The notes under the pieces: model-generated
Databases searched by the model: none
Told to the model about the DNA's origin: nothing
The model's input: the letters and a program-made list of their open reading frames with translations, nothing else
Translations under genes and position numbers: made by a program
In this document: positions 13,401 to 27,900 of the stretch, piece after piece
Position numbering within the stretch: position 1 is the first letter of the stretch
How the letters are laid out: each line of letters begins with the position of its first letter
NCBI GenBank assembly: GCA_036785375.1
Contig: JAWMAR010000391.1
Location: forward strand, 1,116,001 to 1,180,000
Direction: 5' to 3'
From: Leucoraja ocellata
Taxonomy: Eukaryota
Length of the DNA: 64,000 bases

Positions 13401-15916
13401 AGCCATGATCACATTGAATGGCGATGCAGACTCAAAGGGCCAAATGGCCTCCTCCTGCACCTATTTTCTGTGTTCCTGTGTTTACATTCCCATCAGTTTA
13501 ATCCCATATTCCTCTTCTTACTTATGGACAAGGGATAATTTACAGCGGCCAATAAGTGAGTTCAGTATTACGAAAAACGCTAGGAATTATGGGATTTGAC
13601 AAAAGTCATTCGTGATAAAGAAAAAGCGAACGATGCTGGCTGTATAAACTGTTTACATTTTAACCTTTATTCATAATTTATGTGTAAAAATATTTAATCT
13701 GAGGAACGGGGGTGCCAGGTAGTGGGAGAGCAGGATGTAACAGCGAGAGAGAGCAGATGCGAGTTGGAGACGGGGAGAGACTGGGCCGGCGGAGAGGCAT
13801 TCTCGGTAGTTAAGCTGCTGCATGTATACAGACCTTCGCTTCATCCATAGTCAGGATCGAACCTGGGTCTCCGGTGCTGTTGAATTGCTATTGGACTGTC
13901 CCCGTCCCCTCCCGAGTGTCCCATCCCTGTCCGGGGGCGGCCAGAGATGTCCGGGATGACCCTGGACTGACGAGGATACCGAGTCGGGGTTGCCCCAGTC
14001 TTACAGCCAGCGTGGAGAAGAAGCGCTAACTCCAGCACAACTCTGCCTGACCCGCCGGGTTAACCGTCAGCCCTGGACTGATTGGACACTAGCCGGGAGC
14101 AGTGGCGACCCCAGGGTTCAATCCAGCGCGGAGAAGAAGCGCTAACCCTAGCTCAACTCTGCTCCAACTCTTGAGGATCCCGTTCCCCAACGGGTCGGGG
14201 ACCGTCAGCTGTTAGCGCTTCTCCGCGCAAGAAGGAGAAGTAAGAATCTCTTCTTACCAAGTAAGAGGCTTTTGTCTTTCCTAATTGCTGAAAAGGCTTG
14301 CATGTATTCTGTTTATAGACAAGAGTGGCTTACTGTTAGAGCTAAAGAGAAAGCCATTGAAAAATCTTATCTCGGGGAGCACTAAATTTATAATGGAATG
14401 ACAACTCTTAAATACAATCTGTTATCATAGGACCGTGAGCTAAAAGGTTCCGGCTAAAGAGGGTCAGATAATGGTAAACATAATGTATTTGTGGCTGTCA
14501 GCCCAAAGATCTCGGGATTGGAATGTTTGTGGTGAAAATCTCTGATTTTAACCATTACGAATCATTTACCACATTAATTTAGGAGAGGCACACTTTATTC
14601 AAGATTGAAAGCTTTAATTAATTTCGCTGTGCTGTTGGTTATGAGGGTCAAGTATAAGTGAAGTAGCTGTATCACTGAAGTAGATTTGCTGAGATTCACT
14701 TGAGTACATTATCTCCCAGTTAAACACTGACTCTGCAAACTGCTGATGGCGGTAAATGACACTGCATTTGTTCGGTAGACAAAAATGCTGGAGAAACTCA
14801 GCGGGTGCAGCAGCATCTGTGGAGCGAAGGAAATAGGCGACGTTTCGGGATGAAACCCTTCTTCAGACTGAATTTGTTCCATTTGTTGCTCAGGATATTA
14901 TCAGCTTAAATGCTAGGGAAAGACTATGGGAATAAGCTCTTCAAAAAGTTTGACAGAAGTGTTATTAAAGCAGAGCACTATTTTTGCCACTGAGAATTTT
15001 TTATAAAATCAGTTTATCACTGGATCTTATAATGCTTAGTAATGGAATTAAAATTATTTGATTGTAGCAGTAATCGAACCCTGCGGTCAGGCGCTTCCGT
15101 CGTGGGACTATGAGGGGTTTGTGTTTGGGCGCTTTCTGGGCAATGCCCCTTTAGTCGTTCTCGACCACCGTTTTGTTTTGACCTTTGTATTGGCTGTGTT
15201 GTGTTATACTGTTGATTTCGTCATTTCGATAATAAAACTTATTTTGGAAATCGACTCGTCTCGACTCGCTAAATTATAATCATTTTTACTGTACAGACTA
15301 AATTTAAATGCATTAGATATCTAGAATCCTTTTGATTAAATGCACGTGGCAAACGGTTAAATCATTAGTGTAAAAAATGAAGATTGACACAAAGCTGGAG
15401 TAACTCAGCTGGTCAGGCACCATCTCTCCGAAGAAAAGGAATAGATGATGTTCTTCCCTCACCCCCTCCCTCCCCATCTCCCTCCTCCCCTTCACCTCCT
15501 CCATTACCTCGCCATCCCTCTTCCTACGCCTATCCTCCATTCACCCTCATCCCTAGCACTTCCTCCTCCTCTTCACCCCCCCCCCCACTCCTCCTCCCCC
15601 CCCCCGCTTCCCAAACATCTCTCTCCCTCTCCTTTTCCCGATTCTCAATCATGCCCTCCCTCTGTCCATAACCCCCTTCCTCTCCCTACCCCCCCTCTCC
15701 CTGTAACCCCCCCTGCTCCTCCTCACCTTCCCCCGATCCCACCCCCCACAATGAAAACCGCATTAAAAATAAATCCCAACCCCAACATTAAAATTACGAT
15801 GTTTTTTTTTAACTGGATTTTTTCTTTTGTGATTTTTTAAAATGTAAATTGAACCCTCCCCCTTATCATCCCCCATCTCCCCCCCCCCCCCCACCACATG
15901 AAAATAGCTTTTTTTT

Positions 15917-15987
<71 letters not shown>

Positions 15988-18900
15988 TCATTTGCTCCTT
16001 CCCCCCCCCCCCCATCCCCCACCCTATCCACTCACGCAGAGCCCTCAACTGCGCAGGCGCGGTTAGAAAGGGAGAGGGTGAGGGGAGGGAAGGGGTAGAG
16101 ATTGAGGGGTGGGGGGGGGGGGGGGGGGGTTGCAGCATCACAGGGGAGAGGGTGCAGGGAGGGGAGGGATAGAGAGGGAGGGGGGGATGTTGGCTGCCTT
16201 TGAGGGGAGATGGGGGTGCGGGGGGGTGTGAATAACCGGGTGTTGAATAACCCGGTGGGGGGGAGGTGTGAATAACCCGGTGGGCAGCCCCAGCTAAACT
16301 CGGCAGCATCTACTCGGCCGTAGAGCACCGCCTACTCTGCCTGGTTCTTGTACCCTGGCTGTAGACTTTCGTAGCCGTCGTAGAAATATAGAAACAAGAT
16401 GAGAGTTTTAGTAATATAATATAATTAATACAAATATATAGATAGATTGATTGATTGATAGATAGATGGATGTTTAAAGGACAGCATGGACTTTGTGGGC
16501 CGAAGGACCTGGTTCCTTGTGGTATTTCTACTAATGCTGGTTTACCTTTCAGGGGAAAAACTAATTCTTCCATTACTGTTCACGGGACTTTGCTATGTAC
16601 ACATTAGCTGCTGTACTTCCTAAATTACAGCAGGGATAATGCACAAACGTTCTACGTCATTGGCTTTAAGGTGCTTGCGAATAAACAAAAGTTATGATAG
16701 CCATCGTCGGGAGTTTGCATGGTCAAACAATAGTAGCTGTTCTTTGAAAATAATGTAAGATCTGGTATCATTGTGGATTGTGGCGGTTTGTAGATAAATG
16801 CATCATCAAAGCCCTTTTCTTCAAAAGTGACGCCACGTGTTTGTGACAAATCCAAAGGTAACAATTAGTTAATGAAGGAACATCTCCGAACTAACATTGT
16901 TCAAGGCTTTATCGCACTGCAGCGAGATCAAAAAAGGCCAAAATTTATCTGATTAATTATCAGTCAAAATGCACAATTTTGTTTGAATAAATGAAAGATA
17001 AGACCTGCAGATGAGCAAGTAATGATATAAGTAAATATTAGAATGATTTGTAAACATGGTTAATGGCTTGCCATATTTATCTTTTGTAAATGATTAGTTC
17101 AATGCACTTTTCTTTGAAGTGACTTAAATGCCAGTCGGCTAATGTATGTTAATGCCCTTCAAGTACTCGTGTTATTCTAAACCTTCAGTAATCGCCAGCA
17201 TTTTTGCGTGTCACTTTATGAACGAAAGTGAATAGTTAACGTCAGTAACTAGATGTGGACATAATCAGAAAATTATAGAGATAGCTTTGGTAGAGAAACT
17301 AATCCTCTTTGCAGCTTAAAAGTACACGTGTGCAAATTCCTGTAAGATTCTCGTGAAAACCGTTCGTAACATACCCATTCAGATTCAGATTCTAGATAAT
17401 CGGAAGAAAGAAATGGTTTCTGCAATGATACAATTGTCCATAATGATTTGCATTTCGTAGATCCCTCTTCTCTGTTCTGTTCTTGTATTCTTTTTGAAAG
17501 ACATAACTTAAGAAACAAAACACTGCTGCTTTGGACTATTTGGAGTAGGATTTCACCCGCTCCTATCAGTGGTGGTCACATCTGCCCTTTGTCATCCCTT
17601 CCAGAATTTTTTTCCATTGGAGTCGAATTTTGGAATTAAGGTGCAACTTGCATTTGCTTCTATATCATACATTTAGCATGACGCAATAGTGGCTTTTTTA
17701 TTAGCATTTCTGAGAGTTTTTTTTTAACCTGGAACCTGTTGATACATATTCAAAGCTATTGTCAAAGCTAAGACACGAAATGCTGGAGTAAATCAGCAGA
17801 ACAAGCAGCATCTCGGAATAGATGGCGTTTCAGGTCAACGCAGCAACTCTGGATAGTTGGAATAGGTGAACATTTTGAGTCTCAACCCGAAATGTTCCAT
17901 CCTGAGATGCTGACTGTTCCGCTGAGTTACTCCAGCATTTTGTGTCTATCTTCGATGTAAACCAGCATCTGCAGTTCATTCCTACACATGTTGTCAAAAT
18001 TTCATAAATTAATAATTTATGTTGAGAAATATATAGGACTGCTTCAAAGATATTGTGAACAACTTTAAAATTGTTTTTGATCATTGCTCATGATCGTGTA
18101 AATGTGAAGCTTGAACTACTATAATATCTCTTCAGTTAATCAAATTGAAAGGCCAGTTATTGATCATTGAAAGAAGTTCCTTGTTTCAAAATGTCCGTTA
18201 AGGCACTGCTACTTTCAAGGAGCAAAACTTTGAGTGGGTGCTTTAGCTGGAACGGCTTTAGTGGAAAAAGATTTATACATTCTACCCTGTTTATCGCTCT
18301 CATATTTGTATATCTTTATCAGGTCATCTCTCAGCCTCCTCCATTCCAGGATAAACAAACCCATTCTATCCAATTTTTCTCGTGTATAATCACATCCTTC
18401 CAATGCGAAACTTCTCTTCAATTAATTTGTTTTAAAATTTTAATGCACTTGAGTTTAGGTTAAAGATACAGCACAGAAACAGGCCCTTTGGCCCACCGAG
18501 TCCGCGCCGATCATTCATCCCCGTGCACTAGCACTATCCTACACTAGGTACAATTTTACCATTTTTACTGAAGCCAAATTTCCTACAAACCCGTGTATCT
18601 TTGGAGTGAGTGAAGCTGGAGCACACGGGGAAACCCCACACGGTCACGGGAAGAACGTACAAACTCCATGTAGACAGCACTCATAGTCAGAATCAAATCT
18701 AAGTCTCTGTTGTAAGGTGGCAACTCTACCACTGAGCTTTCTCTTGGATGCTTTCAAGAGAGAGCTAGATAGGGCTCTTAAAAAATAGTGGAGTCAGGGG
18801 ATATGGGGAGAAGGCAGGAACGGGGTACTGATTGGGGATGACCAGCCATGATCACATTGAATGGCGGTGCTGGCTTGAAGGGCCAAATGGCCTACTCCTG

Positions 18901-21900
18901 AACCTATTGTCTATTGAGCCTGAGGTGTTTGCCCAGAAGGTACTTTAAAGCTACTTCATTATAATAAAATTAGTATTAATTTGTAAAACATTAAAATGGC
19001 AAAATTATGATCCCTGCAAAATATTGCAAGTACAGGAAGCAATCTATTTAAAAAGTAGAGAAGGTTTCTGTACCTTGTACCTTTTGAAGAGTCCGCCAGG
19101 GACTATACTGGAAGTTGGACAATTTTATACTGGACAATTTACATTTATCAAGCCGATTAACCTACAAAGCTGCATGTCTTTGGAATGTGGGAGGAAACCG
19201 AAGATCTCTGACAATACCCACGCTTGGTCACGGGGAGAACGTACAAAGTCCGTACAGACAGCGCCTGTAGTCGGGATCGAACCCGGGTCTCTGGGGCTAC
19301 ATTTTGCTATAAGGCAGGAACTCTACTGCTGCGCCACCGTGACTGTACAGTATCGATGGCACTGTTACACTGTCAGCTTTGGACGAATCGGAACATTAAC
19401 ATTTCCTAACCATCATCTTCCAGTTGAATCGAGCCTGTCTTTTCAAAGATGAAAATCTTAATCAGCACAAAAGGGAGAAATTTGTCCCAACCTACCGCTA
19501 AATATTAAACACCATCCTGCCTCTCTACTATTGAAAGAGGGGTGTTCATGCAGTTGTATTGATGATCTGTGAATCTACAGAACTCCTACTTATCACTATC
19601 AATTAAAAGCATGCCCTGAATCATTCTTGTACCTCACTGTCCAAGATAACTTTGTGTTGAACAGTTTGAAAAACTTTTTTTTGCCTCCCCTCAGTTCATA
19701 TTTTGCCCTATGAAAAAACATGGTATATTGCCTGGTGTATCGCCTGGTGTATCGCCTGGTATCCTGGCCAATGTTTTACCTTATCAAACAACAAATGAGT
19801 TATATTTGTGGTTTGTCAGACTTGGAAATTCACAAAGTTTCTTCAACAATTGCCTCCGTAACATGAGTGACGACACTGCAGAAGTATTATATTACTTGTG
19901 GGTAATGTGGTAGCCAATTTATTTTAACCATAGCATGTAACAATAAAATGTGGGCATGAATGTAACATTTTAATTGGTACTAAATGTTACCATTCTTTCA
20001 GTGTTCCATTTGAGTTGCGTAGCTCGTGGCACAGATGCCTCCAAACCAATTTTGTTAACCATAGTTCTAATTTTCATAGTAGCTCCTTGTCTTGGACTAT
20101 ATGAATGCTGATTTTTTTTTGGATTGCCTTTGTTTATTTTTTGTGGTGAGATATGAAATTCCTTATTTGCTGTTTAAAGTTCACATTCTGTAATTATTAG
20201 AGTTTGCTGTAGAAATCTTGCATATACTTGTTGAGACCTGATACCCTAGGTCAAAAATTTGTGAGATAAATGTTGTCATAAGATATTCCATTGATAATTT
20301 GAGGATTCATTTTTAAATTATGAAAGTGTGGTGCATCCATCCTTGCTGGAAGATAAGGGAAAAAAAGTTTAAAATGTTCTAATGATACTTAACTATGGAG
20401 ATGTGGTAAACAATGCGAATAAACTTAAAACTGGGTAGAATAAGTAAAAACAATGGCAGATGTAGAGAAGTGTGAAATGTTGCATTTTGGTAGAGGATGG
20501 GAGAGGTATAATTATTCTAAAGTTTTCAGGGTCCAGAGGGCCTGGGGAATTCATGGTGCATGGCTCATTCACGGAGGAGGGAATGGGGAAGAAGTGTTTA
20601 GAGAAGGGGTGGGGAACCTGTGGCCTTAAGCTTCTAGGCCATTAAGTACGGCCTTTTGAATGAATCCAAATTTTGTAGAACAAATCCTTTTATTTGTTAA
20701 TATATTTTTGTTTGTTTTATTACTTTTATTTTAATCTTAAAATGAACGTATTTAAAATACCAAAGAGTAAAAGAAGATTCAACAAAATAATCCTCCCTGA
20801 CTGATGGCCACAATTAAAACATTAGTAAGTCATGAGGGCTATTTTAACAAAATAATGTACATTTTGAAGTATTTCTAATTGAAGTTTCTTGGTTGTGGCC
20901 TTATTAGATTACAGCTAACTTAATGCGGCATTCCAACATGAAAAGGTTCCCCTGGTTTTGAGGGTAGAAACAAGGAATTGCAGGAGCTGGTTTACAAAAA
21001 TGACACTGTGCTGGAGTAAGTTGGCAGGGCAGGCGACATCTCTGGAGAAGGTGGATAGGTAATGTTTTGGGTCGGGTCCCTTCTTCAGACTGATACGGCA
21101 CAGCCAAAACTTCGTAAAACTTGAGGTATGTAAAGGGCGTTCAGCATGGGATCAAGGGCTTCATTAATAGATGTATTGAGCACAAAGGCAGGGAAACTGT
21201 CTTCAAGTTTTACGAAGCTTTGGTTGTGCCATAACGAGAATATTGGTATCCAATGTTGGCCGCCACATGTGAGGATCCTTAAAGGTCAAGAGGAGATTTT
21301 CTCAAATGATTTTAGGGAAGAAGGACTTTAACTATGATTAGTCTATTTGCCTTGGAGCCATGAGATTAAGGTGAGATTCAAATGTAATAGGCAAGATTAT
21401 GACCGGTGTAGGAAGATGGAGAAAGGGAAGTTGTTCTATTTAGCTGATAATATAAGGATGAGGGGGCACAGATTTAAGTCAGAAAATTCATGCGAGGTTG
21501 GGGTGTAGAATGTGGGGAAGAAACTTTACGTAGTGAGAGGTGATGGCTTGGACTTGCTGCCCATGAAGTTGCTAGAAATGGAGAAGATCAATGATTTCGA
21601 AACCAAATTGGCAAACGATTGAGAAATAATTCTGAATGTTTATTGTTTATGGGGATAGAACAAGGCATTGCTGTCCAGAGGGCAACATGGATATTAAAAA
21701 GGGGAGGGTTGAAGGGAGTTTAAAGGAGATTTTTGAGGCAAGTTTGTTTAAAAATGTAGAGTCGGAGGTGCCTGCAACACATTGCCAGGGGAACTGGTGG
21801 AAGCTGATACAAAAGCAACATTTAAAAGACATTTAGATAGGCTCATAGTGGCTTGAAATGGAGAGATCTAGACCATTTGGCTTTGCTGGATTTAGTTCTA

Positions 21901-24900
21901 ATTGGCATTGTGATCAACATCTACACTGTGGACTGAAGGGCCTGTTCCTATGTTGTACTCTTCTCTATTTTATGTTAAAGAGTACATACAATTAAATAGA
22001 TCCACTTTTTATTTGGAATTGAGCTTATGAAAAATATTTCACACTCCAGTGCTCTTCCAAATTGCTCTCTTAAATCCAAGTTCTTGCAAAGTTTGAGTTT
22101 AGTTTATTGTCATGTGTAAGTCAGCGTAAAGGCAATACGTGATTACAATCGAGCCATCCACAGTGTACAGTTAGATGTTAAAGGGAATAACATGAATAGC
22201 ATCTTGTGCATGATAAAGTCCGATCAAAGATAGTCTGAGGTTCTCCAATGAGATAGTAGCTCAGTTCTGCTCTGTAGTTGGTGGTACGATGGTTCAATTG
22301 CTTGATGACAGGTGGAAAGAAACTGTCCCTGAATCTGGTGAAACAACATGCAGAGCAAAACAATGAGCCAGGTAGGAGTTAAATCTATTCAGAAGTTAGC
22401 CAATGCAAGCCTTGGGCACTTTACTTCTAGGCCACCAGGAAAGTTAGTCTTCTCTGCCCATTGGAATATGGACAATGAAGGCTCAGTTTTAACCAGTTAG
22501 GCAAGAAAAATGAAAGGTCTGAATCTGAAGAAGGGTTGCGACCCCAAACGTCACCTATTCATGTCCTCCTGGGATGCTGCCTGACCCACAGAGTTACTCC
22601 AGCACATTGTGTCCTTTTTTTTTTCAGGCAAGGCATATGATAGGATGACAGCAATGACCCCTGACTCGTTTGAACAGATCCTTTGGCTGCCACGAATTCA
22701 GAGCAAAATGAAAGAAACACTATTTTGCTCTTGCACTAGTTGACCCAATACCATTGTGTAGAGTGATGATTTTTATTTTGAGTCATGCCATTTGAAATTA
22801 AATGCAATATACCAGAAGCAATTTTTTTTTGAGAATGCATGTTTTTGAAGTTTCTCAAACTTTAATAATGATTCCTGTATAAGAGTCAAGAGAGAGTCAA
22901 GAGTCAATTTAATTGTCATTTGGACCCCTAGAGGTCCAAACGAAATGCCGTTTCTGCAGCCATACATTACACACAAATAGACCCAGACACAACATAATTA
23001 CAATTTTACATAAACATCCATCACGTAGCTGTGATGGAAGGCCGAAAAAAAACTTATCTCTCCACTGCACTCTCCCCCCCCCCCCCGATGTCAGAGTCAA
23101 AGTCAAAGCCCCCGGCTGGCGATGGCGATTGTCCCGCGGCCATTGAAGCCACGCCGGGTGGTGCGAGGTCGCACACCGGGTCTTGTTGTTGTAGCCCCCG
23201 GTGTGCGCTCGCAAGTACCCGCGGCAATTCCAGCCGCGCGGGGCGGTGTAGCGAGGCCCCGCTCCAGGAGCTCTTCGACCCCGCAACTCGGGCGGGAGAA
23301 TTCTCCGTTGCAGGAGCCCCGAAAAGCGGTTTCTCTCCAGGGATCCGCGGGCTCCTGGCGCCGCTGTCCGCAGACCCGCAGCAGCAGCCCCCGACTCAGC
23401 AGCGGCATCGGCAGCAGCAGCAGCAGCAGCAGCAGCGTTCCTCCACCGCTCCGGTCTCGGCCAGCTCCGCGACGGCAACGGTGAGTCGGCACCTGAGTCC
23501 CCGGTCTCTTCCTGTTGGAGGCCGCTCCTCGTTGCGGCCTCAACGGCAACGGAACCCGACGAGAAAAAGTCGGGTCTCCAGTGCAGGGAGAGATTTAAAA
23601 AGTTTCCCCCCCCCCTCCCACCCCACCCCCACCCCCCCACACACACACCCCAACAAAAAATAACAAAAACTACATTAAAACACAGACAGAAAATAATAAA
23701 AACGCGGACAGACTGCAGAGGCCGCTGCTGGCCAGAGCCGCGCCGCCTACACACACATATAGTGTATAGTTTATATAAAATATAAATGAATGAAAAGATA
23801 GGAGTAGGCACATGCTCGACGAATTCTGAAAAACAAAAAAATATTTCTTACTGGTGCTAAATCATTAATGCTGAACCAATAAATAAGGCACAGCTACATC
23901 ATACTGTTGAGGAGAAATCTATTGCAATTAATGAAGTTATGTTGTTGGGTTTGAATACTTGCTTCAATAGTCTTGTCCTGTGCGTTGGGCAAAGTTGTTT
24001 TAATTTAACCAGTTTGATAAATGTAAGTTTTCTTTCTATTACAAGGTCACAATGGTAGTTAACCCATGAAAAACTAATAGACCATGTTTATTCTGGAAGA
24101 ATATGTATTTTTAGGCCTGAAGGCATGTTTTGGACAAATCAGAAATCTCCCTTTTATTTACAGTGGTTTATGTTACATACTGAAGTATTAACTGGTCCTC
24201 AATTACCATACACTAGGTACGTTTCCTATATCCTTGCAAATTATTCTGTCACTTCTTGACCGCCCTTAATGATTTTTGGTAATGCTGTCTTGATTCAGTT
24301 TTATCCTCCACTAAAGAACACTGTTCAGTAGACAGGGAACCATTTATTTTGGGTGGTGGGGGTGGGGTGGGGGAGTGTTTGACCTGAAGGCCTTCAAAGG
24401 GGCAGAACAAAGGCTTGAGATAGGCAGGATTACACAAATAAATCATAAACATCAGGTGACCATGAAGAAGTAGAAGGATTTACAATAGGAGCAGCAATTA
24501 AATCTCTCCAACCTGGTTTACACTACCACTGCAAATTTCAGTTTGTTGATCCAGGATAAATGGTTTGAATTTAGAAGGGGGTTTGTATTGTGAAGCTCCT
24601 CTGAATTCCACTTCCAGCCCTGAGATTCGCAGCATCAGGGAGTTTACATATCAGGCGCCATGTATGCAAAACAATATGATTCAAACTGATTATTGAATAC
24701 TGAGTATAGGCAGCAGCTAATGTGAATTAAATGTTAGTTTTAACCTCCTAGATTTATTTGACACATAACCAGTTATGGGTATCAATTTATTAAAGGTACC
24801 CATGCAATATTAACTTTACTGCAAAATATGTAAATGTTTCAGTATTTTTAAATAGACCAAGGATTTTGCTGTACTTGCACTCTGACAGTCAGCACCTAAA

Positions 24901-27900
24901 TGTATATGCAATGGTTTCACAGATGCAACAATATCTGTAGTCTGGTTGTTGTGAGTCAGAAAACCTACCTTTTAGGAGGTTTCTGTAACATCATACAGCT
25001 TGATTTTGGCTTTGTTGTGTCACCACTCCCTTTACAGTCCCCCCCAGATCTCAGTCTCCCAATTGCTTCAAAAGCAGGCTTTAGTCAAGGCAGATTCTAA
25101 GCGTGTCAAAGGGCATGGCCCAGATGTCACCATCTAGCATGGTTGGATTCTTTCCTGCATAATTGCAGCAGCTTTATTGTATTCTGAGAATGAGCTTGGG
25201 GCACTTATTCACCCCAGCAGGCTAGCCACTAGACTGTTGCGGGACAATATATGGTGAGCTTGCGAGGAACTGGACAGCACAGAAGGCATTAACTTTTTGC
25301 TTTCAGTCAGAACTTTATCCTGGATCACAGAATTTCATGTGCCTAACTAGGATAAGCCCCATCTTGTATTAAGTAGTCAAAGTTAAAAGACACTGGCTGT
25401 AAATTTTGTGTAGGCACTGTTTTTGTCTTGTCTAGCCAGGCCTTATCTGTTGCTTGGTCCCAGAGGGGACCTTTTTAGAATTGAGAGGTCTGGTTTTTCA
25501 GTACGTTTGCCTTTGTCTTTATCACCACTAAATGGAGGTTAGTACGAAAGGAATGACCCTTCAGGAAAAAAAAACATTTTCTCCATGGTTTTGACCTCTG
25601 ATTCATATTCTCTCTCTCCCCCCCCCCCCCCCCTCCCCTCCCCCACCCCCATGCCCTCGCTGGTGACCTGCGAGCTCTTTTCTTTTGAAGAACTTTCGAT
25701 ATTTGCAAATATTTTTAACAGTGAAGGGAATTGCCTTTCTTTTGAAGCGAAGCTATTTGCAGCTTGTCAATGAAAATAAATGGTTAGCAAACATTTGCTG
25801 GTAATGATGCATTTGGCAAGAGGCCCACAATGCTTTACTGACATGTTGGTGCAACTTTTGAATGACCAATTACACTTAGTTGTCCCCCAGATGTTCCCGA
25901 GCCAGTGGTAAAAGTGTAATGTTTGCTACACTGCCGGCATTTATATCGTCACTTGGACCTCCTATTCATGCCACTGTAGTTTGTTGAGGATTGGAGTGTT
26001 GAGGTGAAAGGTTTGTCAATAGACAAGGGTGACTTTTAAAAATATATATCTAAATAAATGTTTTCACTTGGCATTAGATTCCTGTTTCTGGGACTTTGAC
26101 AATGTAAGTTCGAGATACAGCGTGAAACAGGCCCTGCGGCCCACCAAGTCCACGCTGCACACTTACACAATTCTACACACACACACTGGGGACAATTTAC
26201 ATTTTTGCCAAGTCTATTAGCCTACAAACCTTGTACGTCTTTGGAGTGTGGGAGGAAACCGGAGATCCTGGAGAAATCTCATGCAGATCACCGGGATAAT
26301 GTACAAACTCCGTACAGACGAGCACCTGTAGTCAGTATCGAACCCAGATCTCTGGCGTTGTAAGGCAGCAACTCTACCGTTGCACCACTGTGCAGCCCTT
26401 GGGGAGAACGTACAAACCCTGTACATAGTCAGGACATCCGTAGTCAGTTTTGAACCCGGGTCCCTGGTGCTGTAAGGCAGTAACTCTGCTGCTGCACCAA
26501 TGGTTATTTGACTTCAGCATTTGAGCAGGAAGAAGGGGCCTGACCCGAAACGTGATCTCCCCATGTTCTCCAGGGATGCTGAATTACTCTAACACTTAGT
26601 CCTTTTTTCCATAAACCAGTATCTACAGTTCATTGTTTCTACAAGAGAGGTTAAATTTCTGCCTGGCATTGTGTGGGCATATTGGGAGCATTACTGAAGA
26701 CAAATAGGTTCAGTGTTTAGCTATGCATTGATCAGTGAATCACCGGTCAATGGCAACCAACCATTCAGCATTCAGTAGCTGCTGGAAAAAGTCACAAAAA
26801 TCAGAACAAATGGTTCAGGCACAGACATTGGGTGGGGCCAGTAGTTGTGAAAACACATTTTCACACTCGCACACGACAACGTTGGTTTCTGTTCCAGCTC
26901 CTGAAACCCCTGGTTCTTAAAGACATCAGTGGGTGCCAGCCTTTCTCCACCCTCCTGCCAAATTAGCTGCTCTCCATTTGGCAGCAGGGATAGTGAAGTG
27001 TGAGGTCAAAGAGGTCAGACCTGTTCTCTGTCCAACATTAACATATCTGAACTATCAAACACAAGTCAATGAGTGATTATCAGTAATGGAAGCTCTGCCC
27101 AGTGTTTATGGTTTTCCCTTCTGCTCCCACTGCGTCCTCACCCCACCCAAAAAAAAACTGCCCTTCGCCAAACCAAGATGCGTCTTGCACAATTTCAGAA
27201 TTCAAACCTTTGCTCTGGCTAACATCAGGGACTTGCTGTGGAAAAAAACACGAGAGGCATGCGTTTTGCATTCCTTTCAGAACCTCTCAAAGCTTCTCAC
27301 AGCTAGTGAAATATTTGTTTGATGTGTGGCCATGGTTGTAGTGGAGAAAACATTGCAGTCTGCTTGTGCGTGACTTGTGCTGGGAATAAAAACTAAAGCT
27401 GGTAAATTTGTATTGCTTGCGGTATCTCTAATGGCATATTTCACACAACTAGTGTGTGGATGAATCGGAACCTGGATTTTTCTTTTAAAAAAAAAATGCT
27501 TGCACTTTCTCTGTCACTCCCGATCTTTGAAATTATAATGTAGTGAGGCATAACCCTGTACAACAGTACTATTTTATGGCCAATAATATACTGTTTCATT
27601 TAATATGCTTTTTCAAGGAAATATCTGTAAGATAAATCTTCAAGGGCAGCACAGTGGCACAACAGTAGAGCTACTAATTTACAGTGCCAGTGACCCGAGT
27701 TTGGTGCTGTCTGTACAGAGTTTGTACATTCTCCCTTTGACCACATTTTCTCCGGATGCTCCAGTTTCCCCCCCACACGCTAAAGATGTACAGGTTGGTG
27801 GGTTAATTGGCTTTAGTAAAATTGCCCGTAGTGCATAGGGAAGTGCTTGTGTACGGGGTGATCACTAGTCGGCATGGACTCAGTGGGCTGAAGGGTCTGT

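Noticed and set aside
15384-16328. Proline-rich and HT/VC-repeat ORFs
   Set aside because: Translations of C-rich tracts and the (CA)n microsatellite.
22909-23811. 300-aa minus-strand ORF and overlapping 210/148/120-aa ORFs
   Set aside because: Low-complexity translations in several frames within a GC-rich repeat; no domain motifs.
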